Assembly: GCA_043228905.1 (NCBI GenBank)
Contig: JBHGNT010000014.1
Coordinates: 20,088,001 to 20,152,000 of the forward strand
Reading direction: 5' to 3'
From: Azolla caroliniana
Lineage: Eukaryota > Plantae > Polypodiophyta
Length of the DNA: 64,000 nt
Position numbers and translations under genes: made by a program. Positions 25,841 to 37,774 of this stretch are shown here, piece by piece. Within the stretch, counting starts at the first letter, position 1, and every line of letters begins with the position of its first letter. The notes beneath the pieces were generated by a model. It was not told the origin of the DNA. It saw only the letters and a program-made list of their open reading frames with translations, and made no database searches.

Positions 25841-26495
25841 CTGCATTATTATTAACCCACAAAGGTGTATGAGATTAAAGAAACAAAGCAGCCCATAGTC
25901 GAGAATCGAGATGTATGTGCAAACTACTTGGAGTTTAATAAACTAATGAATTAGCCCCATTAAGGCAACCACGAAAACATACATCTAATGGTTTGACGAG
26001 TCGAGGGTTCCTTCTGCATTTGCGTGGATCGGAAGGCTATCAAACATATGATAATCTCCACAACATGAGTACAAACAGATGACCTTGCGTCCCACATCAT
26101 TGTTATGCAATTGACACAGAGACAACAGATTAGAGCAATCCCCATATTAACTGCACAAAAGATCAAAATGAATAAATAGAGTTGATGATAAACAACTTAA
26201 GCACAAAAAACCCAACCAAACGACTTAAGCACAAACCTTGAAAACAAAACACACTATTCGCGAAGAGGCAATACAAAACATAGGAAAAGAGAGGGGAAAC
26301 AGGGGGAAACAGGGATTCGAGAGTTTGGAAACAGGGGGGGAAACATGGAAAAGAGGGGGGGAAAGAGGGATTGGATAGTGTAGGGAAACAGGGAAAAACA
26401 AACAAAATGTGCGGGAAACAGAAAGAAAGACAGATAGAAAGTGGGAGGGGGAAATACGAGAGAGAGGGAGAGAGTGATAGACACTGTGTATGTGT

Positions 26496-26540
<45 letters not shown>

Positions 26541-26595
26541 ACTTTTTTTTTATACGAGAGAGAGGGAGAGAGTGACAGACACTCTGTGTGTGTAG

Positions 26596-26630
<35 letters not shown>

Positions 26631-26829
26631 TTACTTTTTTATTACTTTTTTTTGTAATGCATAAATAGCCGGTTCATAAAATATGAACTGGCTAGATTCC
26701 GGTTTTGGGGAAATTCTAGCCGGAATCAATTCCGGCTCTTCCCCACCTTGGCCGGCAAAAGTCCTCACCCAACCGGAACGCTAACACTGTTCTTGGGACT
26801 TTGCCCAACACTGCTCTAGGGTATTGGTG

Positions 26830-27705
26830 AGGTCACATATTCCTCATTACGATCATTTTTATTTTATCCACATTAACATTAGTCCACTAGTTTGGCAAAA
26901 TGCTTCTAGAACACCAAGTAAACATTGCAAACCCTTTGCTCATATGAAAAAGGAACCACATCACATGCATATATTTGGGGCTTTTAATCTTTGTTCTCAT
27001 TCAACCTTATTCACTAGTTTATCCCATTTATCAATTCATAGACCAAAGAGTGTACATGAGGGTGGACATATTTGCTTAACCTCCATGTTCCACAATTGAT
27101 TTTTAATTGGCATATAACTTGCTAACACAATTGTGCAATAGTCATTGCATGTTCTAATGGTATTCCAATTTCAACCTTTCTATTCCAACCTCACCTCTTG
27201 GTACTATATCAAATGCTTTAGTGAAATTAACAAAACAAAGATGAAGGTCTTTGATTGGGACAATTTTGCCCCATAATTACTCATAACTTAACCAAATGAT
27301 CCAATGTGGAGTATTTTGGTGGAAATATTGGTTCCCCAAGTGCTCATCTTTTAGCCCGTGCACTTATCTTTTGCTCCATGATACTACAATGTGTTAGACA
27401 ATTTTGTTATAGTTGACCTGAACATGAAATCCGACAACTTTATATTTTATTTATATGTCCTACTTTAGAGATTGGTTTAATCAATTCGTGAGCAAATAAT
27501 CTCTAAACTCTTCTTTCATAGCTTAGTCTATGACAGATTCTATCCAATGGCGAATTTGTGACCTTGTCCATTTTAAGACCCTGCTTGCAATAGAAGCTAC
27601 ATATGTTGCTTTACCACAAGCCATTGTTTTAGTTTCTTTATTGATATCCCCAATATCCACACATGTATCAATAGGCATTTCAATTCTTTGAAACATTGCA
27701 TGTAT
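26830..27705 (-). mobile_element. Degenerate copia integrase relic, apparently continuing at 33965-34230 beyond the inserted LINE
   Basis: Integrase-like remnants on the minus strand (TPHWIIW..., AYVHP). The LINE TSD joins it to a purine-rich gag-like stretch. Confidence 0.5.
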
Positions 27706-28027
27706 AACTTTTGTACATAAATTCATGCATTGAGAGAAACAACGATGGCGAGGAGTAGGAGCAGAGCATGGCGGGAAAAGGAAATGGCGAGCAAGAGCAG
27801 GAGCACGGTGAGGAGCGTGCACGTTGGCTAGCTGTGAGCTACTGTCCAAGTTCACGCGCAGCGGCTGTCTCCGGAGGGTGTTTTGGCCGCTCATCAGTGG
27901 CTTTTCTTCTGCTCTGTGGTGTTGTCAGGGTTAAAGCCGGAGGGAGAGGGATGTGGTTTAGGGTTGCAAAGCCTGCCTCGAAAGCAAACGATTGAGACAA
28001 AGCTACTCTCCTTCTTAAGCGATAGGT

Positions 28028-29600
28028 ATGTCTCGTCCATTAAGGTGTAAGGTAGGAGTCGGGGACACAGGCATGCAGAAACATGTTGGAAAAATGTGGG
28101 CGAAGGATCCAATAGTGAGAGTTAACGCATCAGTGGTTGCAATTAAGGTAGCAACGGCAAGGGTACCCACTATGAGGGCAGTGGAATCGAGGTACACATT
28201 GCAAGGTGGGAACAAGGATAGGGAGAAGCATCAGATGGCAAATGGGGGGCATAGGAAAGTAGATGAGATGATGAAAGAAACAAGGCAACACATTATTGGC
28301 GAAGATAGGGAGTTGGGTAAGGAATCACTCAATCAATTAGACAAGGCGGGTTGGATGGAAGAGGATGATAGGGCTCCTCTCAACAGCAAGGCAGAAACGG
28401 TCTTCACCGTTGAATGCTCAAAGGATTTGAGAGTGTGGGGAGTGCTGGTGGTTTGGAATAAAGAAGTTGGGAAGCAAACAATTGGGGGGAATAATTCCAG
28501 CCATGCATTATGGCAAGTGATGAGTGCAGGGAGGCCGCGGGGACAGGTAGGCGGATCGTCACAAGGGTTGGATGGTGTTGCGGAATTGGACGCCACAGAG
28601 GACATGTTGCAAGTAGAAAATCTCCTACAGGAATGTGGTCATGCACATAATGCATGCCCGAGAGGAGGTCATGATAAGGATATGGATATGAATGAGAGCT
28701 CTGAGTTACTAGAGGTTTTTTTGTCAGAAGATGAAAGTAAAATTTTGAATGCAGAGATTGAAAGATTAAGGAAATGCTCGTTCATTTGTAAGCTACTTGG
28801 TGGTAGACCTAATAGAGGTATGGTTCGTGACATGTTACAAGTAGCTCTTATGGATCAAGTGCCGCAAATATTAAATGTGCACACTATGGGTCAAAATTTC
28901 TTCCATGTTGAAGTGGTCAAGGGGGGTGAATCAGATGTATCGCGGATTGTGGATATGAAATTTGTAGAGCTCAAATATGGAAGAGCTCTTTTGTTGGAGT
29001 GGCATGCTAACTTCAACACTATGGAGGAAGACAAGAAAATTGGTAACCCTTGGGTGATTTCTATGATATTCCCAAATCTACCTCGACAGTTATACCCCTT
29101 GATCCCAAAGATTGGGGATGAGATTGGCTTCGTTTGTCCCTCAAAGGCAACGATGGTAGATAGAGTTAGGGGCTACCCTAAGATTAGAGTGCTTGTGCAA
29201 AGTTCGTCCAAACTCCCCCCTATAATCAGGGTTCATGATATAGAAGCAGGTTTGATAGATGTGGCGGTGGAATACGAGGGCTTTTACTTGGTCAATGTTT
29301 TTATTGTAAAAAGAAGGGCCACATTGCTAAGGAATGCCCTAGGAAGATCAATGGTAATGGGAGGGTGGGAAAGGACAAAGGGTAGGTTGTTAGGCAAGAG
29401 AATATAGGAGTGAAATATCATAACACCCTCAATGGGGTAGTGAAGGAGAAGGCTAATACAAACTCTTAGACTCTGGTTTTGGGGCGAAAAAATCGTTTGT
29501 AGCAAGAAGGAGACACAAGTATGCCTCATGTAAGGTTGAAGAATAGCTTTGAGGCATTGTTGGAAGAAGAGGATCTGTTTTAAGATCAAAGCTCAAATAA
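28028..29600 (+). pseudogene. LINE ORF1 (DUF4283-like region plus CCHC knuckle, frameshifted)
   Basis: FICKLLGGRP...MGQNFFHVE...LLLEW...WVISMIFPNLP. QCFYCKKKGHIAKECP follows in another frame at about 29290-29340. Confidence 0.8.
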
Positions 29601-29879
29601 TGTTGAAGAGGTGGTAGTGTGCACACCTGATGCCTTGCTTGGTAAGAGTGGAAGTATCGGATTGAGAGCGGTGAAAGAGTGGTTGCGTACTAGGAGGGGG
29701 CAAGAAAGCTCTCCACTCAGTTCCGAAACTCAGAAGTTGCATGAGACAAGACAAGTAACTTTAGGCATAGATGCTCGAGTTCCAGTGAAATTTGTTGAGT
29801 CCAAAAGATCAATCAAGGATAGGTTCGACAAGGGGTGCAGGTTTACCAACAGGCTCGCAAGAGATTGATTGACTTATGT

Positions 29880-32800
29880 CATGAAGAAGGCCCAGGGCTG
29901 AGGGTTGCCAATGGTGGTGCAGGGGGCTGAGCTGTTGCGTGGGATTTGCTGATGGGTAGAATGGGGGTGAAAGATGCCTGGCATGTAATAAAAAAACCTC
30001 GAAATTCGCTAAGTTTTTCGAGAGCAAGCTACAGTATGCATGGTTTTTGCATGTCATGCATAGACAGAATATACATCCGTCCGGCACTAGAAAAATTTGG
30101 AACCAATGTTGAAATCATTGCAGGGTTAGCCTACTTCGATCATATGCCGGTTAAGATAACGCTAGAAACGCAAAGGAGACCATCAAGGGACTGCAATGTG
30201 AGGATCAACAAAAAACTTTTTGAGGATGTGGAGGTGAGTAGAAACATAAGGCGTATATGGGAAAGCAATTCGGTTGGATGTGGCGCACTTGATAAACTTC
30301 AAGGGAAGATTATCGAAACGTCAACTTATCTCCATAAGGCGACGAAAAGTAGAATTACGAGGTCTAAGGAGGAAGAAATGTGTTTAAGGAGATCAATAGC
30401 GGTTGCCCAAAGGCTACTAGAGAAAGATCCCCGATGCCAATGGTCTAGGGCAGGCCTCGAGGCTGCCAGAGAAACGTTGCAATGCTTGATTGCATCCAGA
30501 AATACAATGTTATTTAGGAGTTCGGCTGCATGGTGGAGCAAAAATGGGGATAAGGTGAATAAACAATTTTTCATGCATAAACAACCTAGAACAAACTATA
30601 GCTACAATCCGAAGCTGGTTAAGGAAGATGGCTCTATCTCGGAGGATATTTCAGAGATCTTGGAGGCGGTCACCTCACACTATCATGAGTTGCTTTCGGA
30701 TAGTTACAATAGCCCCGAACAACCTGCTATGATAGAATATGTGCTTGAGGGAATGCAACATAAAATTTCAGATGTGGCACAAGCTAATTTGGTGAGGCCT
30801 CTCTTGGAGGAGGAGGTGGTGGCTGATGCTTTGGCAAGTATTTGTAGAACATCTTGCCCAGGCTCCGATGGGTTATCAAGAGATTTTTTCAAAAAAATTT
30901 GGGACGTAATCAAGGCAGATTTGGTCAATGGGCTAAAGGAGGCATGGGATGTTGGGTACTTACCTGAGCAATTTCAAGAGGGGATGATATTTCTAATTCC
31001 TAAGGTACAAGGTGTAACAGCTGATGCAAGGCAATGGAGACCAATCACGTTGCTAAACACAATATATAAGATATTTGCTAATATACTAGCCAAGAGGGTA
31101 AAACCCTACCTGCAGGAACTAATCCATGTTGGACAAACAGGGTTCATGGAAAACAGATGCATAATTGATAATGTGCTAACATTTTGGGAGGCGATTGCCT
31201 TGGCAAAGAAAACCAATCAACACATTGTCTGTCTCATGCTTGACTTTGAGAAGGCATATGACAGAGTTCAGTGACCTTTTTTAGATAAATTCATGGAAAG
31301 GCCCAATGGCGATTAGTTGCGCTATCCCTTTACAAAGGAAGTTCAAGTAGGGTGTTAGTGACAGGGCATCGTGGCCCATCGATTCCATTACGTAGGTATG
31401 TTAGACAGGGGTGCCCGCTGGCCCCCTACCTTTTTTTATTTATTACAGAAGCATTCTCTTTCTTTTTGAACAGATCGGATGCAGGAATAAGAGGTTTAGC
31501 TATCCCACATGCGAGTAAGGAGTTGCTGGACTCCGAGTATGCAGACGACACTATGCTTTACTTGCAAGGGAATGATGCTAATTTACAGAAGGTGGAAGGA
31601 CAGATTGAGTGGTTTTGCAATGCATCAGGGGGGGAAATTAACTAGAACAAAAGTAGAGGATTCTGGGTAAGTTCAAACCCACGACCGTTATGGTGTCCCA
31701 ACGTTGATTTTCAATGGGTCCCCGATGGCATGGTTGTTACGTATTTGGGCTTTTTGGTGGGAGTTGAGACACCTAAAAATCAACAGCTTGAGCAGGTCAA
31801 AGACAAAATTAGAAAAAAGCTTTGGTTGTGGGCATCAGTAAAGCTCTCCCTTGCTGGTAGGGTTATGGTGGTGAACTATATTTTGCTGGCCACCATGTGG
31901 CATTCAGTGGCATGTTGGAGGTTAGACAAAGCCTGCATAAAAAATATTAAGGCAATGGTGAGAGGCTTCTTGTGGTCGGGTAGAGACAATGAAAAGGCAT
32001 TAGCTAAAGTGGCGTGGGGTTGTTTAGTTAAGACAAAGAATGAGGGAGGACTTGGACTGGTGGATCCGGTTCACCAAAGTAAGGCTCTACTTGGTAAGCT
32101 TTTAGTGTGAAGTTTGCAACCCGGACCAGAATTGTGGAAGGTGCTCCTTAGGAATAGAGTTTACCTTTGGTGTCCCAGGAATGGTGGTCCTTGGCAGGCA
32201 AATACATGGTGGTTGTTCAGCCCAACTCTAAAGTTGAAAGAACCGGCTAGCATGGAGGATAGAGTGGTTCGCACCATAATGAAGGCATGGTCAAGTTTAA
32301 GAGAAGGGTTAGTCTTAATGCAACTGAAAACACTGGATGAACAACTACGACAACCGTTGTTTTGGAACCTTAGGATTAGAAGTGAAGATGGTAAGATGCT
32401 TGGACAACAAAAGTACTTGCCTTGGGGGAAGATGCTAGGGTACAAGATTCAGTCGGTACACGATTGGGAGGTTTTCAGCATGAAGAGGCGGACGGGTCAG
32501 ACTGTTAATTGTAGGATTACTGGAAGACTAGCAAAGGTAACCCAATTGATAGATGGGATTGTTGATGGATTGGATAAGTTGACTACGGAAGAGACAGTTT
32601 GGTCGGGCTAGTTTGTAGGTGAGGGTGATGCACAACTTATCCGTGGTAGGTGCTCAACTAGCGAGGATCATTTGTGGGGTAACCGAAGTTCTTTGACAGA
32701 TGATGGTAGGTGGATGGCAGTGCGGGTGGCAGTGTTGGAGGGTAAGTGGTGGCAATTGAACCCAAACCCTAAGACACTGGATCATGATTGTAAAATATGG

Positions 32801-33712
32801 TTTTACAATAACAAGCACTTATATGATTTGGAGTGGGACCCATTGGAGGTTTGGTGGCAGACACCAAGAACAAAAAACTTGAAAAAGTTTTTTGAATACA
32901 ATACCAAGCTAGGAAGACGAATCGTTGGCTCCAAAACCGTGGATGCTGGAATGATTCGCAACAACTGGAAGGATAAAGGCATTTCAGACGACGATTTGAA
33001 GTCGTTTTGGAGGAGACTATGGGCATTGGATATGCCAGAAAAAATTAAGGCTTGGTGGTGGCTTCTTAGCCACAAGGCGATACCTATAGGCGAGTGATTG
33101 AGCTCCCGTGGTGGTGAGGCTAGCTGTAAGTTATGTGGACAGGCTTTGGAATCAATCTCTCACTGTTTTTGGAATTGTACAAAGGCGATTAGCATTTGGA
33201 GTAGAAACCTTCGAATCGTGGCAGCCTGTGGTGTGAAAGGGAACATTGTGTGGGGCTCAATACAAGGGTTGTCCTTAAAAGGGGAAAGCTGGGGTGAACG
33301 GTTAAACCCACAAGGACATGGATTTATAGTGCAGGGTGGTAGCGTGTTCCAATGTGATGGGGTGAAACCAGGCACAAATTCTGAAATTTTTGAGGAGATT
33401 TGGCTTATGGTGGCCTGTTTGACAGCTTGGCACATCTGGATCAAGCGTTATAAGATTATTTTTCAGCAACAAAAGATCTCATGCGGGGAGATGATGTTAA
33501 ATATCCGGTTTGATCTTGTGGCTTGGTTGCGTAGTCGGTATGATTCGATTCAAGGGGATTCGGAAGAAGCAGAAAGGGCAAGGTCAAAGTTCTTGCTAAA
33601 ATGTAGTAGCTCTCCCATGCTAGTCAAATCTTCATCGAGGCCTAAGTGGAATTACCAAGCACCTAGGTGGTTGTTTCCATCGATGGCTTCCAATATTGTA
33701 CATGGGTTGTAA
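29880..33712 (+). pseudogene. LINE ORF2 (N-terminal APE apparently deleted, several stops and frameshifts)
   Basis: IDRIY, FDHMPV, PGSDG, WRPITLLNTIYKI, LDFEKAYDRV, RQGCPLAPYLF, EYADD, CKLCG..ESISHCFWNC and WNYQAPRWLFP. Confidence 0.92.
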
Positions 33713-36700
33713 TTATGTATGTATAGCTGACACAAACATGCGTCATGGAGTTGTAGAGTCGGGGTAAAATAGGGTTTAATTCAATTTTGCTTGAGTTAAG
33801 GATCGGTTGAGTTTTTTTTGCTGCTTTTGGTTGATAGTTTTGGAGTTGTTTCTCCAAGTTGTATATGTTGATCCCATTGTGGATTTGGATAAACTTTGTT
33901 GTATTCTATTTGCTAACTAATGCGAAGTAGTGGTTTTTTTGGGAAAAAAAAACTTTTGTACATATTCGTCTTCTTCTATTTTGCATCTCTTTATCTTTAA
34001 ATTCACCTTTGACATTTTCCTTCTTATCCTTCTGTTGTCTCCAAGCTAGCTTTGGTTAGTGTTTAACCATGATTTTCATTTTTCTTTTGTCCATTTGCTA
34101 GTATTGTCCCTTTTTCTTCCTCGCGACTCTTCAATTCTTCCATTTTCCCCTTTTGTGAACTTAACCTTTTTTTATACGATCCTTGCAAACCTCATGAAAC
34201 CAAGAATTATAAGGGGGGAGGAGAGATTCATTAATGAAATTTAATTAGGTCCGGACAAATTTCTCAATTTGACTATCTTCATGGGTAGCTAATGAACTTA
34301 TGGCCTCGTATGCATATGTAGACATAGAGGACGAATAAATGCAACCATATTTACCTTTTTCCAATTTACTCTTTGAAAATGTAGAGCATCAATGGGTGCA
34401 AACTTACGTAACAATTTTCTTGAATAAAAGGATTACTCCAGCTTGGGGCCACATACATGATGTATTGTATTTGTATAGCTCGTCGTGTAGGTCAACATGA
34501 AAACATATTTATGATTTCCCTCTAGCATAAGAAAAATCGCGTAGGGTACTCTAATATGTTTTCATCAATAAAGTTACTACAATGACCAAACTCACAATTA
34601 AAATGCATAACATAAGGAAAATCATGTAGGATATTTGAGTATACATAGTATAACTAACATGTGGGCACATACTTGCAATCAATAGTTGTCATAAACATGT
34701 TTACATCATAAGCCTTGATAAACTCGCATCATGGATTCTATCGAAATTCATGAATTTTATCATGACAAATTTGATCACACACTAGAGGTAACTATTAATG
34801 TATGTACTCCAATTGTTTTCTCAAACACAAGAAATAGCTTTTAAGGAGTCCCACTTCTTCGCTTTTGAGTTATGATATGGTAAATGCAAATGATTTCACC
34901 GACAATTTAGGTTCCGTCCCTCTAATGTCTAATAAACAATATATCACAAATGCTTGCCCACACTACAACAACTTTTACACATAAAGCGTGTTGGGATATT
35001 TCTTGCTAACAACTATTATAATATCAAACACACTCAAACTTCTCCGACGTTGCAATGAATTTTAAAAGTTTTAATACCATACGTATAATGCATAGATCCA
35101 ACATTTTTCATTAACTTCCCAACCAACTGTATTCTTCTTACTCCAGCTCATGGTTGACATTTCTTGTATACGATGAAGTGCTCATTGTAGGTCGATAGGT
35201 ATAAATATCTCTTTTATTTTTTTCCATGGTCCCATATTATGACATGGAAAATATACTTAATAATATTAAATGATAGTATGTGTCACTTGATATAAGAGCA
35301 CTCTATGATCAACGTAAATTGTAATAACGTATGTATCAAGACAGAGTATTGATAATGAACTCAAACATTGAAGCTTTATATGAAATCAACACATTGTTAA
35401 TGTGTATCTTGTCGCTCTGAACAATATAGTCTTTACATTTTTGGAAATTGCTACACATTTCATTCTTGAGTTTACATGGTATGAACAAGTGAGCGCATAC
35501 ATAGTCAAAATCTATACTTGATACAAGCATCCATTCAATTGATTCATTTGGCTATCATGACTTACTCTCAACATACACTTCAACTATGGTGAAGCCTTGG
35601 TATCAATAGTTTGTTGAACAAAAAGTTTCTCCTCTTGGTGTAATTTCTATGTATTTTTCTTTTTACTATCACATGTGCCATCACTACCACATCAAGCATG
35701 TCACTTGGTTGGAAATAATTGACAAGTTATTTGCACATTATATGCTCGATTTTTGTATTGATTATTTATTGTTTTAGAAATGACTATTTGATCTCACTTA
35801 CTGAGTTACCTGGGTAAATTAAGTATGACATTTGTATCTTCATTCATCTAAAACTCTACATAAATATCCCTAAGGGCCGAGACCTTGAGATTGTGATTGA
35901 ATTACAACAATGAAAACTTATGTATATTAGTAACACCTCTCAATAGAAGTCTCTAAGTTCTTCATGTCATGAGGGAGCCAACCTTGTCATTGTATTTCTA
36001 ATGCTCTTTAATGAAGACAAGTTAATGATCTATGTTGGAGAGGAACAAGGGTAACCTTGTGTTTGAAAACACACAAATGACAAAAAGGCCAAAAGAATTA
36101 AATTGCAAGGCTACTTAATAACTTTTGATATGGAAAGGTTCTAGTTCATATGTTTATTGCAACAATAGACAACTTTATTTCTTGAAGTGAAATGATCACA
36201 TTGTAGGAAGAAACATAAGGTACCTGTCCATAGATACTCTTGTTGAGTGAAATTGTAGCCACTCTGAAGAGCCAATATGATGGCTTTAAGGGTGGCTCCG
36301 ATGGAGTTGAAAGACAATGAATAGCCTTCATCCAACAATGGTCGTCCTCTCCCTTTCTTGAGTCAGTGGGCATCCACATAAGATGGAACTATCGCGTCCC
36401 TATAGGGATTTGTACATAATTGTCTCATTTGTAAAATTTTATAACTAATGGAAAGAGTTCTTTTTTGGAAAAGAAGAAGATACTTTTGTTTCACAAGTCA
36501 GAGGTTAATTTATTCATAAGGTGAATGGATCCTCAAGCTTCATTGTCATCATCATCATCTGTTAATCGCTTCTAATTTCTTCTTCACAATGTACACATTA
36601 GGGTTATTGTTGATGCAATGGCTATAAGGAATCATTTGGATACTCATAATCAAGCCCTTTAATAGGAGACACAAGAAGTATACGTAATCATTGTTGTGAA

Positions 36701-37774
36701 GATGCTTATAGGATCATTAGGTATATGTTATATTATGCATGTCCACATAATCCCACATGTATCATGCCACCGCAATATTAACTATCCACACAAGTGGTCA
36801 ATGTGAGAACTAGGGACTAGAGGACATGGATCAGGTCTAAGGGAATCTAAGGAACACATGGTCTAAGGAGAAAAGGGAGGGGCAAATATGGAGCTATAGA
36901 TAGATTACCTCTTCATTGGATGCCAAGGCGAAAAGCTTGCCAAACAATCGCATGCATCGCCTGTGCGTGGCAAGCCATTCTGAGGTCTACATTGGGTAGG
37001 TTCTTGAGGCCGATGGGCGTGTGTGCCATGGTCCTGTTTTCCACGAACTCAGATTCTTCTGGACCCTCTTTCCGAGGCAGCAGCCGAATCATTCTGGATC
37101 CTCATTTTGAGGCGGGATCTTCTTCAACTGCTTCCCCGACAGAATCGTGTGTGTGTATGATTCTTCGGGACCCTCTTTTCTAGGCTGACCGAAATCTCAT
37201 TCTCAGAGTGTGTTGTGTTGTGTGTCCACTCTGACCGACCCCTTCCCAACAAAAATCGTCCGTGTTCTTTTGGATCGACATGTTCTCACAATTCTCTTGG
37301 GGTTCTTGTTTCCGCGACAAGAACCCTATATGGTTTGTTTGTCTCTATGTATGTATACATATAAAAACTCATTAGGGTTTTCTTGTTTCTCTCTTTTGTT
37401 TCTTCTTCTTCTTCTTCTTCTTCTTCTTTAGACTTTAACCTTGGGTTTAGGGTTTCTACCATGCAGTCAATCTGTCAGAGTCTCTGAACAAATATAGAAA
37501 ATGAGAAGAGTAAAAGTGCACGAATGATTTGATGGCGGCGATGGCTTCCCCTCCATTTCTTCCTTTCTTTGCTTGCTTCTTCTACAAGAAGCGTGTGTGT
37601 GCAGGCATCGATACAGTTCCGTGTAGGACAGTTGCCTTGCCCTCATTTGTTCGATCGGAAGAAAGATTCTAGTTGTACCCAAGCCTTGCTGCTCTGTTTC
37701 TCCTGATCTTTCTTACTACTCTGCTCATTTGTTTGCTCGTTTGATTGATCCATTGTTCGTTCGTTCGTTCGTTC

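Larger units (their letters stand above)
24128..26813. mobile_element. Non-autonomous hAT transposon (2686 bp) carrying host gene fragments (Pack-hAT)
   Basis: Perfect 16-bp TIR CAGTGTTGGGCAAAGT / ACTTTGCCCAACACTG. Perfect 8-bp TSD CTCTAGGG (24120-24127, 26814-26821). CCGG-rich subterminal motifs. No transposase ORF. Confidence 0.93.
27720..33950 (+). mobile_element. Near full-length L1-type LINE with 14-bp TSD, inactivated
   Basis: TSD AACTTTTGTACATA at 27706-27719 and 33951-33964. ORF1, APE C-half, RT and zf-RVT are present, and the element ends TTTTTTTGGG-poly(A). Confidence 0.95.

Noticed and set aside
34250-36400. Possible decayed DNA-transposon coding sequence
   Set aside because: No motif, TIR or TSD I could support
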